Below are positions 46,115 through 60,739 of a stretch of 64,000 bases of DNA, piece by piece. The position numbers and the translations under genes are program-made. Below the pieces are notes generated by a model. It searched no databases. It had not been told where the DNA came from and saw nothing but the letters and a program-made list of their open reading frames with translations. This stretch comes from the human T2T-CHM13v2.0 reference genome, Homo sapiens. Location: assembly GCF_009914755.1 (NCBI RefSeq), contig NC_060935.1; one strand, given 5' to 3'. Every line of letters starts with the position of its first letter. Position 1 is the first letter of the stretch.

Positions 46115-46930
46115 ACCACAGCCAGCACCCTCCCAGCAACAGCAGCAGCAACAACCACCAGCACCACCACAACACAACAGCATCATCAACAAGAGCAACA
46201 GAAACAACCACCACCATGACAGCAGCAACAACCACAAAAGCAGCAATAACTACCACAACGACAGCATCATCAACAACAGCAGCATCAACAACAGCATCAT
46301 CAACAGCATCATCAACAACAGCAGCATCAACAACAGCGTCAACAACAAGAGTAACAACCACAACAGTAGCAACCACAAAAGCAGCAACAACCACAACAGT
46401 ATCATCAACAGCATCAGCAGCAACCACAACAACAGCAACAGCAACAACCACCACCACTACCACAACAAGAGCAACAACTACTACAACAGCAACAACCACC
46501 ACAACAGAAACGGCAACAACCACCACCACCACAACAGCAACAACCACCACAACAGCAACAACCACCACAACAGCAACAACTACCACCAACAGCAACAGCA
46601 TCATCAGCAACAGCAACAACCACCACAAAACAACAGCAACAACCACAACAGCAACAGCATCATCAACAGCAACAGCAACAACAACAACGGCAGCAACAAT
46701 AATAGCAACAGCATATTCAACAACAGCAACAACCACATCAACAGCAACAACCACAACCACCTCAAAAACAACAGCAACAACGACAGCAGCAATAACAGCA
46801 ACAGAAGTGACAACATTAGCAGCAATAACAAAAGCAGCAGTGACAGTAACACCAGCAGGGACAGCAGCACCCTGAAAACAGCAGTCATAGCGGCACCCCC
46901 ACTCCCACCAGCAGCAGCCACGGCAACAAC
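46115..46930. repeat. Compound (ACA/GCA/ACC/TCA)n trinucleotide array
   Basis: About 800 bp of C/A-rich triplets. Confidence 0.95.
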
Positions 46931-48499
46931 CCAGGTTCCTCGTCCATGAAATAAGCGTGCTCACAGTGGTCCTGGCCCTGCAAGGCTGTTGTCAAGGTTA
47001 AATGTGTTAATTCACATAGAGCTCTTGGATGAGTGAGGGCAGAGAGCAGCCAGCACTTAGGAAGCTTTCACCGTGCCCCAGGTTCTATTTTAAACACCGA
47101 ACTCGAGCTGCTTCCTTCAGAGAGGGATATGATTGTCATCTCTCCCATTTCACAGATGAGGGCACTGAAACCTGGAGAGGTGCAGGAGACTGCCCTCTGC
47201 TGGAGAGTCGGGCAGTCAAAATCCGAACCACAGGCAATTTGATTTCAGAACCTGCACCTGGAACCAAGTGGCCAGGCTGCCTCCCAAGCTGATGAACCAG
47301 GAGAGTGCAGTGTGCAAAGGAGGCTGTGAGGCTGTGCTCACAGGCAGACCCTGAGTCTCTGCCCAGTGCACACCAGTGCTGCACTCCCGGGACCAACAGG
47401 AAATATCTGCCTGGACTTTTAATAGGGCATTCCAATTTGACCTGTGGTGCAGAAAGAAGCCACAAAGAAATCTGCACTGGGAAATTGTTCATCCATTGGC
47501 TGTTAACTTGAAAACGCTGAAAACCCAATGCTGGCCAAATAAAGCCGGTCTGAGGGCTACAGCTGGCTTGGGGACTTCAGTCTGGGACTTCCAATGAAAC
47601 AAGGACAGAACCCAGGGCCCAGAGCCAGGCTGCCCTGGTCTAGATCCCAGCTCTGCCAGGTGCCAGAAATGAAACTTCTGTGCCTCAGTTCCTCAATCTG
47701 CAGAATGGGGATATTGACATTTAAAGGTAACCTAAGGCTTAACAGGACAGATGTCAGCACAAGGAGCCGTAGCTCCAGGGCTTTTGTCCTAGGGACCCCA
47801 GACCCCGTGCCCCTGAGGGCACTTGCAGATGGGCCAAGGGCCCCACAGTCCACTCTTCCTGGCTTCTGAGGAGGTATGAGCTTGGCACCTTCCTCAGTTT
47901 ACCTGCTTCCACTGAGCTAGGGGTGCCTCCATCCCTATGTTCTGACTCTTGCATGGGCAGGTACAGCCTAGAGCCCAGGTCTCCCCATCTCAATGTGCAG
48001 ATTTTGCTGGGGTGGGGGCGGCTCCGTGACCTCTTTTAGCAGCAAAACCAGCTTTTTATCCGACACTTTCAGGCAGACTTCACCAACTCAGCCCCACCAC
48101 TCCCCACAGCCCAGGCATCTTTTTTTGTTTTGTAAATTGCCTTTCAGAAAGCCACCCTGGCAGGCTTTGATGTGGCCCTTTGATAATTTAGCCTCATCAA
48201 TAGGCAGGCCCTGCCCAGGAAGGCTGACTTTGAAGAGGGAGCCTTCTCCCAAGGCAGGAAAGGCAGGGGCTCCTGTCTCAAGCGTAGGGGGAGCAAAGGA
48301 GTGGGCAGGGGAAGGGGTTAACTGGCTATGAAGCAATTTACACAGTGACTCTGTCAGCACTTGGGTGAGGCCAGGGCTCTGACGTTCCCAGGTCATGGAG
48401 TGGGTGGTGGCTGAGGATGGAACCTTACAGAGGAAATCCAGCCGAGGCCTTTGGAGATGTGAAGGTTTGGTTTGCATTTCAGCTCTGGCACTTTTCAGC

Positions 48500-48670
48500 T
48501 ATATGCCCATGGCTGGTCCCTCATTCTTCATGAGCCTCAGTTTCCCCATTTTAAAAATGAGGAGGGGGGTGGGGGAGGAAAATGGCACCATTGTAGTGAA
48601 GATTTAATGAGATGATGCACATGACAGTTTGGCACAGTGCCAGGTACACAGCAGGTGCTCAGAATGAGCT
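48500..48670 (+). mobile_element. MIR fragment whose 3' end runs into the (GAT)n array
   Basis: gagcctcagtttccccattttaaaaatg...gtgaagatttaatgagatgatgcac...ggcacagtgccaggtacacagcaggtgctca. Confidence 0.75.
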
Positions 48671-48674
48671 GGAA

Positions 48675-49757
48675 AGATGGTGATGATGATAATGATAATG
48701 ATGTGTGATGATGATTATGATGATGAAGATGATGATCATGGAGACAGTGTTGTCAAAGAAGATGATGATGGTGGTAGTGATTATAATGAAGATGATAATG
48801 TCAATGAAGGTGACAAAGAAGAAGATAATGAAGATGCTGATGGTGTGGTGAAGATGGTGTGATGATGAAGATAATGATGTCAGTGAAGATAGTGAAGAGT
48901 TTATGCTCCCTTGTGATGTGAGGATGATGTTATTATGTGAAGAAGAGGGTGACAGTGCTGGATGATATGAGATGATGAAGATTATATCAATGAAAGTGAT
49001 AAAGGTGATTAGTGATGATAAAGATGATGAAGAAGTTGATGAAGATGATTATAAATATGGTGAAGATGATGGTGATGAGGATGTTAGTGAAGAAGATAAA
49101 GATGGTGAAAATGGTGATGATGATGATGATGGTGAAGATGGTGATAATGAAGATGGTGATTATAGTGAAGAAGATGAAGATGGTGGTGGTGGCGATGATA
49201 AAGATGATGAAGAAGTTGATGAAGACGATTATAAATATGGTGAAGATGATGGTGATGAATAAGATAAAGATGGTGAAAATGGTGATGATGATGGTGAAGA
49301 TGGTGATGATGAAGATGGTGATGACGGTTATAGTGAAGAAGATGAAGACAGTGGTGGTGGTGGTGATGATGATGAAGAAGTTGGTGAAGATGCTTATAGA
49401 TATGGTGAAGATGATGGTGATGAGGATGTTAGTGGAGAAGAAAAAGATGGTGAAGTTGGTAAAAATGGTGATGATGATGGTGAAGATGGTGAGGATGAAG
49501 ATGGTGATGACGATGATAGTGAAGAAGACGAAGATGGTGGTGGTGATGATGAAGATGATTAAGAAGTTAATGAAGATGATTATAAATATGGTGAAGATGA
49601 TGGCGATGAGGATGTTAGTGAAGAAGATAAAGATGGTGAAGATGATGAAGATAGTGAAAATGATGATGATGACGGTGAAGATGGTGATGATGAAGACGGT
49701 GATGATAATAGTGAAGAAGATGAAGATGATGGTGATGATGGTGCTGCTGCTGAAGAT
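48675..49757. repeat. (GAT/GGT/GAA)n trinucleotide array with higher-order units
   Basis: About 1.08 kb; landmark at(a/g)atatggtgaagatgatgg recurs at 49051, 49231, 49396 and 49582. Confidence 0.95.
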
Positions 49758-50564
49758 CTAATCCAATTCTCTCTTTAGAGGTGCAGAAAATGGAGAAAGT
49801 AACAACGCAATTAGGGGAGAGACAGACCTGGCACCCGAGGCTCCTTATGCTCATTACAGTGCTCTCTCCTCTGCCCTTGTTACCACCTTGAATTGAAGCA
49901 ACTGGTCTAGTCCTTGCATGAACTCCTGGGATTCATGGGTGCCCAGAATTAGATGACTCAGGCATAACACCTCAGATGTGTCTAATCTGTCAGTTGCCTC
50001 CTTCCCCATATCTGTCTCCCCCTTCCTTCTTTAGTAACAGCAGCTCTTGTACTTTGGTGTGACCATATGACTGAAATCTGGCCAATGAGATAGGAGCAGA
50101 AGTTCTTGGATGGGATTTTTAAGAGAATCCCTTTTTGCCTTCACTCCAGCTTCCTTCCCCCTGCCTGGGATGCCAATAGGACGGCTGGAGCTGGAGCAGC
50201 TACCTTGGATCATGCAGCCATGAGAAAGGAAGTCACATGCTTCCTTGGGAGCAGACAGGTAGAAAGGGCCAGATGACCATAGAACATCACACCAGTGCTG
50301 AGTGCTCACCTGTGCTGCAGAAACAAAGCCTCTGCCCTGTGGAGCATTTGCACTGGTTGAGAGAGACAGGACATAAAACAATAGGTAAGCAAATGTAGTC
50401 AAGTCAGGCATTGTAAAGCCAAGTACAAGGATGGAGAATGATCAGATTGTTCTGCTTTTGATGGGGAGTGGGGAGGCAGTCCATGCAGAGGGAAGAAGGG
50501 CCTTGGAAATGTGTCTGAGGAACAGCGAGGGGTCAGGGATCTGGGGTCATGTGAACATTGGGGT

Positions 50565-51341
<777 letters not shown>

Positions 51342-52516
51342 GAGGCAAGTTGTGGCATGGGGGCCAGAGGCTGGGAGGGGTTCAGTCAGGCAGGGCTTCC
51401 TAAGGTGCCCTGGGGACTCTGGACCTTATTCTGGATGTGAGGAGAAATCACTGGAGGACCAAGAGAAGAGCATGATGGCATCTGATGTGCATTTTAAAGG
51501 ACAGGTCTGGCTGCTGGGTTTCTGGAAGGGTGCTAAGAAACCAGCTAGGAAATGTCTGTGGTCATCCAGTTATAAGAAGGTGATGCCTGGCTTAGAGCAG
51601 TCCTATTCAGGGGTCACCCCATGCACAATTGGTCAGTTACATTCAGTGTTATGAGTGGTTTTGGAAAGAGATGAGCATGGTTGGGTCCTTCTAATAAGCT
51701 AAACTGACCAGACATGATTTCAGTGGGAAGTAAGAGGCCATGTGGCCTCTGGGGCAGAGACACAGTTGTTTGTAAATACTTAGAAAACTGGGTGTGATAT
51801 GTTCATATTTTTAAACATTTCACTTCCTTTTCAGTCAATGATTTTTTTGAATGACAAAGTGGAACCCCCAAGTTGTTTTTACACAAATTTACAGAGAGGT
51901 CAGTAAGCTGTAGTAAGTTGAGGCAGAGGAGAAGAAAAGAAGAGGTAAGCCTAGGAAAATTCAACCCACAGTCTACCATAGGGCAACAAAAGAATCTGGC
52001 TCAGCTGACCCTGTAGCTTAAATCCGAGGAAATACACAAGGTATGGGCACCAACAAGAGCTCCACAGGTACAAAGCCCAGCTCTTAGGACACAAAAGCCC
52101 AGCAGGTAAATACTCTAGTCCATTATTTTATCAAAGGCCTTTGTAGCTGGGTGAGAAGGCAAATCTACCACAATTGAAATGAGTTTGGATAAAAGACCAT
52201 TTATTCTCAAAATCCCTGCCCCTTCTCCCTCTACACTGTTGTATACACCACATTGCCTCTTCTCTGCTCTTTAACTAATTCCTGGCTTCAGGTGAGCATA
52301 TACCCAAGGAGAGCAGAGTATCCAGAAGACCTTGGACTTTAAGGTGAAAGAAGACTTTCCTTTGGGCCACCCAAGAGGAGCAGTAAAATAAAAACCCATC
52401 AAGGCAACTGGGTTATCTATCTAAGGGGTTGAGCAGAGCAGGGGGACTCAGGAATAAGCAGCAGGACAGGAACTTGGAAAATAGTTCCAGACAGAGCAGG
52501 ATATCTCATTCCAGTG

Positions 52517-52870
52517 TGTATTAGTCTGTTTTCATACTGCTATAAAAAACTGTCCAAGACTGGGTAATTTATAAAGGAAACAGGTTTAACTGACTCACAG
52601 TTCAGCATGGCTGGGGAGGCCTCAGGAAACTTCCAATCATGGCAGAAGGTGAAGGGGAAGCAAGGCACCTTTTTCACAAGGCAACAGGAAGGAGAAGTGC
52701 CAACCATAGGTGGAATAGATCTTGTGAGAACTCACTATCACAAGAACAGCATGGGGGAACTGCCCCATGAGCCAATTACCTCCACCTAGTCTCTCCTTTG
52801 ACACATGGGGATTATGGCGATTATAATTCAAGATGAGATTTGGGTGGAGACATAAAGCCTAACCATATCA
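52517..52870 (-). mobile_element. THE1/MST-type MaLR solo LTR (THE1D-like)
   Basis: tgtattagtctgttttcatactgctata...taaccatatca, 354 bp; near-TSD cagtg / cagta. Confidence 0.88.
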
Positions 52871-53435
52871 CAGTATAAGACTGAACCTGGAGGCCTCTAC
52901 TGTACCTCAGAAATATGATACTGTGCTCACTATAGTTGGGGGAACTTTTAAGGGCACCAAAACGCTGCCACGTCACCCAGATTTCTCTCAGCTTTGCTCC
53001 AAGCCCTATGCATCCAAGATCACCACTTCTATAATGCATAACTTCCCTCTTCTTATGCTCCTTTAGCTCCCAGAAGGCAAAAGCAGAGAGCTGTCACACA
53101 TGCTGAGCATCTATTATGTGCCAGGCTCTGTGCCAGGGGTTTTATGTGTTTTATATCACTTAATTCTCACTGTACCTTTGTCATATAGGAACTATTGTGA
53201 TCCTCCTTTTGCAGATGAAGAAACTGAAGCTTAGAGAAGTAAAAACTTGTCCAGACTCACATAAGTCTGTTCTTACAGTCTTGGAATTCATCCACTTATT
53301 CTCCAAGTATTTGTTGAATGCTGCTTGATGCCTGGCACTGTTCCAAACACAGTGTATAGTGTATATCTTAGTGAACAGAACAGACACAAACCCCTGCCTC
53401 CTGAGGGAGGTTTCTGGATGCTGGAAACATCCAGA

Positions 53436-53511
53436 TTTCTTTTCTTTTCTTTTCTTTTCCTTCCTTCCTTCCTTCCTTCCTTCCTTCCTTCCTTCCTTCC
53501 TTCCTTCCTTC

Positions 53512-53558
<47 letters not shown>

Positions 53559-53693
53559 TTTCTTTCTTCCTTTCTTTCAGATGGGCTCTCTCTAAGTTGC
53601 TCAGGCTGGCCTCGAACTCCTGAGCTCAAGTGATTCTCCTGCCTCAGCCTCCTGAGTAGCTGAGACCACAGGCATGCACCACCATGCCCAACC
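53436..53693 (-). mobile_element. Alu monomer (FLAM-like) with (TTCC)n(TTTC)n tail
   Basis: Monomer 53580-53693; TSD aacatcc(a/t)gatt. Confidence 0.85.
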
Positions 53694-53869
53694 TAACATC
53701 CTGATTCTTCAGCACAAGTGTGTTCAGTTTGAAAATCATCAAACTGCACCCTCATGATCTGTGTATTTATTGTATATATGTTGTACTTAAAAATTTTTTT
53801 AAATCCCTGCCTTCATGGAGGTTATGTTTGGTGGAAGAATTGGGGGGTTTGGGAGAACAATAACCAGTA

Positions 53870-55090
<1,221 letters not shown>

Positions 55091-55207
55091 TTAAAAAAAA
55101 GAAAGATTGGGAGGCAGGTCGAGTGTGAGTTTAGGTCACCCTTTCAAAGGAAGGAGCTGAACAAGATAGAGGGGAACCACAGCTCGAGTGAAGAGAAAAA
55201 TTCTGAC

Positions 55208-55490
55208 AGTTTTTTAATTGTGGTAAAATACTCATAGCTTAAAATTTACCATCCTCATCATTTTTAAGTGCACAGTTCAGTGGCATTAAGTACATTCACA
55301 ATATTGTGCAACCATCACCACCATCCATCTCTAGAACTTTCTCATCTTCCCAAACTGAAAGTCTGTCCCCTTAAACACCAACTCCCCATCCCCTCCCCGA
55401 GTCCTGGGCACCCACCATTCAACTTTCTGTCTCTATAAATTTGACTACTCTGGGTACATCATATAAGTGGAATCATACAGTTTTTTTTAA
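55208..55490 (-). mobile_element. L1 (L1MB-like) 3' end
   Basis: ttttaattgtggtaaaata...ttaagtacattcacaatattgtgcaaccatcacc. Confidence 0.82.
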
Positions 55491-55544
55491 CTGACTTTCA
55501 GGTTTCTCTCAAATGAGATAAATAATAATGTATATTTTAAAAAG

Positions 55545-55722
55545 AGGCTGGGGGTACAGTGGCTTATGCTTGTAATCCCAGCACTTTGGGAGGCTGAGGT
55601 GGGAAAATCACTTGAGTCCAGGAAGCCGAGGCTGCAGTGAGCCATGATCATGCCACTGCTCTTCAGCCTGGGTGACAGAGCAAGACCCTGTCTCAAAAAA
55701 AACAAAACAAAATAAAATAAAA
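55545..55722 (+). mobile_element. Alu monomer or internally deleted Alu
   Basis: Single-arm length with A-rich tail. Confidence 0.8.
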
Positions 55723-56909
55723 TCCAATTAAGATGGACAAATAGAGGATTCTAGAGAGCGGGGAGCACTAGTGGATTTGTGATCCTGGGTAGGAGGCAGG
55801 CTAGTATTTGACATCAAGTGCAGAGATGAGAGCCTGACGTCTGTGCAGAGTAACCAAGAAAGGGATGCATGTGGGGACAGGTGTAGGAGCTTGGGGATCA
55901 GAGTGGTGGTGGTGGCTTGTGATCGTTCTTTCTGATGGCACCTGCAATTCTCAGTGAAGCAGAGGACAAGGTGATCAGCTGAGGATGAGGACAGCGGAGG
56001 AGGCAGCAGAGATTCATGCAGAGGAGAGAACCCAGTTATCCATTAGAAGACTGAGGAAAGAACAGAATCCAAGAATTAGGGTGAACCTGGTAGTGGCTAA
56101 GCATAGCCTCTCCTGTTTTCCAAGCATTGTTAATCTTTTGTCTCCTGTTTTCCAAGCTCCCTGGGAGCTGTATCCTCCAAAGTCCTCATAAGAATAGAAA
56201 TTCAAAGGAGAGCCATCCTCAGGGCATATGGTGGTCTTCAGATCAACTTTTGCTGAATCTTCAGCACAGTTGGGGCACTGTACATTTGTGGCTGAGTGTA
56301 AGCAGCACACATCATTTGAGGCTGACTTGCAGCAGGTTCTCCAACTCTTGGCAGGTTCCTCACCAGCCTGCTCTCCCTCCTGAAAGCCTCAGTCTCCAAG
56401 GGGGTCTAAGCAGACAACAACCACCTTGGTCAGAAAAGAGACGGTCCTAATGCTAGTGGATGGTTCTAGAAACTAGAAATCCCCTCCTTGGCAGGTCACA
56501 GGAGTGCCTGAAGGGAGCCAGAGGGTGGAGAGACTCCAAACTGCTTCCTGCTCTCCACCCTCCATGCCCCATGGAGTCCTCCAGACGTCCAGCCAGGTGG
56601 ACATCTGGGGTTTGTGGTTCTACAACAGCTCTAATCCTTGCTACTTTGTGCACCTCTAAGAGACACGGCATCAAAGCCTGCACTGGTCATGCTGCCTGTT
56701 AAAAGGGGAACCTCCCTTTTGCACACTAACTAAAGTCAAAACTTACCTTTTTGTCTTCTGTTGGAGTCAAAGAGGCAATGAGGCTGAGGCTGTATTCCAT
56801 TTCCTGCCTCCAGGCTTTTGGGCACCCGGCCCCTCTACCTGGGAACCCCGCCTTCCTTTCTGCCTGGAGGACTCCTTCTCAACCTTCAGGAGCTGGCTCC
56901 CTTGCCTCT

Positions 56910-57420
56910 GTGAAGGGTCAGGGGGTCCCCAAGATCACCCTCAGTTTCAATAATTCACTAGAAGGGCTCACAGAACTAAAACAAAAGGTGTTACATTTGT
57001 GGCTTATTACTGTGAAGGGCTACACACTGAAATCAACAAAAGTAAGAGGGACATGGGGCAGCATCCTGGAAGGAGCAGGCATCAGCTCCTGGTTGGTCTC
57101 TTGCTGTGAAGTCGCATGAACAGTATTTAATCCTGCTGGCAACAATGTGTGGCAACACAGATGGAGAACTGCCAACCAGGAAGTTCTCCAGAGCCACGGA
57201 GTGCAGGGCTTCATGGGGGTCCATCTCACAGACATGCAGAGTCCACATGACTGATCTTAGCCATTCATCCTCCAGCCTCTCCAGAGCTCAAACAGATCCA
57301 AGAGGCTGAAGGTCTCAGGTAAACAAAGACATTGTCACCAGGCAGTATATTTCAAGAACTCAGAGTTCCTTCTAGCCCAGGACCAGCCCTTTCTTTGGAA
57401 CATGCAGGATTTTGGCAATC
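56910..57420. mobile_element. MER21-like LTR
   Basis: gggtccccaagatcaccctcagtttcaataattcactagaagggctcacagaact. Confidence 0.55.
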
Positions 57421-57424
57421 CCAA

Positions 57425-58600
57425 ACATTTCCATTTTATGTGCCTTTCCTTGCTTCATTGCAGTGGCTTATATCTTCAGTGTGATTTGAACAGAACCAGT
57501 GAGAGCAGGCATCCATGCCTTGTGCCTAATCTTAAAAGAAGTGCTCAGTTTTTCACTATTAAGTATGCTGTTATCTGTGGGGTTTTTGTAGAAGCCCCTT
57601 ATTATATATGAATACTGAATTTTGTTAAATTTTTCTACTGCATCTAATGAGTTGATCACATGATTTTTCTCATTTATTTTTATTAATATAGTAAGTTACT
57701 TTAATTGGTTTTCAAATATTAAGCCAACCTTGCATTCCTAGAATAAATTCCATTAGGTCATGATGTATCATCATTTTGTCTATATTGCTAGGCTTGATGT
57801 ATTATTATTTTCTTCAGGATTATTGCATTTATGTTCATAAGGGACAGTGTTTTGTACTAACCTTTTCCTGTAATGCATTTCCAGAGTTATGCTTGCCACA
57901 TAAAATGAATTGAGAATTGTTTCTCCTCCTTTATTTTCTGAGAGTGTTTACATAGGATTAATATTAATTCTTCCTTCAATTTTTGATAGACTGCACCAGT
58001 ACAAATATATTGTGGAGGAGACTTTAATAACAAATGCATTTCTTTAATAGATACAAGGCTATTTTGTATTTTCTATTTCTCTTCTTGAGTCTATTTTAGT
58101 AATTTATGTCCTTCAAAGAATGTGTATGTTTATGTTGTCAAGTTTATTGGCCTAAAGTTGTCTACAATGTGCCCTTATTATTCTTTTAATATTTGTAGGA
58201 TCTATATGATGCCCCTTCTTTCATTCTTTGTAATCTGTATTATTTCTCTTTCTTGATAAATCTAGATAGGAGATTGTAATTTTAAAAAACTCTTTACAGA
58301 ACCTATTTTTCTTTTGTCATTATCCTCTATTTTTTAAATTTTATTCCAATCTTCATGATTTCTTTCTTTTTAAACTTATTTTAAGCTTAATTATTCATCT
58401 TTTTCTAGTTTCTTATGGTAGAAGTATAAATAATTAAATTTATATATTTGCTTTTTTCTAATGTAAGTATTTAAAACTATAGCTCCTTCCAGAAGTTTTT
58501 GTGTTTTCATTATCATTCAACTAAAAATATTTTATAATTTCCTTTGCAATTTCTTCTTTGATCTACATATTAGTTAAAAGTTTTTTGCTTAATTCAGCAA
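57425..58600 (-). mobile_element. Degenerate L1M (ORF2-region) fragment
   Basis: AT-rich; gcatccatgccttgtgcctaatctt..., ccaaccttgcattcctagaataaattcc. Confidence 0.75.
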
Positions 58601-59003
58601 TCAAAAAAGCCACCAAACAACCCAATTCAAAAATGGGTGAAAGACTTGAATAGGCATTTTTCCAAAGAAGATACACAAATTGTCAGAAAGTACATGGGAA
58701 TCTGTTCAACATCTTTCATCAATAGGGAGATGAAAATCAAAGCCACCGTGAGATACTCCTTCATGCCCTCAGGATGGCTGTTATTTTTAGAAAAGAAACA
58801 GAAAAGGTGTGTTGACAAGGATGTGGAGAAGTTGGAACCCTGGTACATTCCTGGTAGAAACTGGAACCCTTGTATGTTGCTGGTAGAAATGTAAAATGAT
58901 GCAGCCACTGAAGAAAACAATTTGATGGTTCCTTAGAAAGTTAAACACAGAATAGCCATATGATCCAGAAATTTTATTCCTAGGTATATGCCCAAAAGAA
59001 TTG

Positions 59004-59491
59004 AGGCCAGGTGTGGTGGCTCACCCCTGTAATCCCAGCACTCTCCCAGCACTCTGGGAGGCTGAAGGGGGAGGATCACTTGAGCCCAGGAGTTTGAGAC
59101 CAGCCTGGCAACATAGTGAGACCCCATCTCTTTAAAAAGTAAAAAAAAAAAATAGCCACAGCTCACTGCAGCCTTAACCTTCTGGGCTCTGGTGATCCTC
59201 CCACCTCAGCCTCCCAGGTAGCCGGGACTACAAGCATGCACCATCATGCCTGGCTAATTTTTGTATTTTTTGTAGAGATGAGTTTTCACCATGTTGCCTA
59301 GGCTGGTCTTGAGCTCCTGGGCTCATGAAATCTGCCTGCCTCAGCCTCTCAAAGTGTTGGGATTACAGCACTCAGGTGGCTGAGGTGGGAGGATCACTTG
59401 AGTCTGGAAGTCAAGTCTACAGTGAGCTATGGCTGTGCCACTGCACTCCAAGCTGGGCAACAGAGCAAGACCCTGTCTCAAAAAAAAAAAA
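59004..59491. mobile_element. Composite Alu: plus-strand arms enclosing an inverted Alu segment
   Basis: Plus left arm 59004-59155, minus segment about 59159-59368, plus right arm about 59369-59491. Confidence 0.85.
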
Positions 59492-59616
59492 TTAGAAGCA
59501 GGGACTCAAACAGATATTTGCATGCCAGTGTTCATAACAAAATTATTCACAGTAGCCAAAAGGTGGAAACAACTCAAGTATCCATCAGCAGCTGAACAGA
59601 TAAACAAAATGTACTA

Positions 59617-59971
59617 CAGTAGTCCTCCCTTATCCATGGTTTTGCTTTCCATGGTTTCAGCTCCCTGTGTTCAACTCAGGTACAAAAATATTAAATGGAG
59701 AACTCCAGAAACAAACCTTTCATAAGTTTTAAATTGCACGCCATTCTGAGTAGTCTGATAAAATCTCACACCATTCTGCTCCATCCCACCCGGGACATGA
59801 GTCATCTCTTTGTCCATCATATCCTCATTGCCTGCCCCTTAGTCACTTAGTATCTGACTCTGTTATGAGATGGAAAAATGTAATATATATAGGGTATGAT
59901 AGTATCTGTGGTTTCAGGCATCCCACTGGGGATCTTGAAATGTATCCCCCATAGGTAAAATGGGACTACTG
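59617..59971. mobile_element. MER44A-like (Tigger) MITE
   Basis: Terminal inverted repeats cagtagtcc / ggactactg flanked by TA on both sides. Confidence 0.85.
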
Positions 59972-60063
59972 TATCTACCTACAATGGAATATTATTCAGC
60001 CTTAAAAAGGAATGAAACTCTGATACATGCTACCATATGGATGAAACTTAAAAATATGATGCT

Positions 60064-60433
<370 letters not shown>

Positions 60434-60739
60434 TCATTTATGTGAGGTACCTAGAATATGCAAATTTATTCAGACAGAAAGTGAAATACACACTATTAGG
60501 TTACTAAGGGCTTGAGGGAGGAGGAGGGAATGGAAATCATTGACTAGTGGTTTACAGAGTTACTCTTTGGGATGATGAAAAAGTTCTGGAAATGGGCAGT
60601 GGTGATGGTTGTACAACACTGCGAATGTACTGAAAGCCACTAAGTTGTACACTTAAAAATAATTAGTTGACTAATAACTAGTTAACTAATATTTAGTTAA
60701 TTAAAAATAATTAATTAATAAAATAAATAGTTGATAATT

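Noticed and set aside
49040-49060. DDYK / DDKDD peptides resembling a FLAG tag
   Set aside because: Chance products of GAT/AAA-rich repeats; no DYKDDDDK and no vector sequence.
60660-60735. AT-rich short palindromes (TAACTAGTTA, TAGTTAACTA)
   Set aside because: Decayed low-complexity L1 tail region; short palindromes are expected at this composition.
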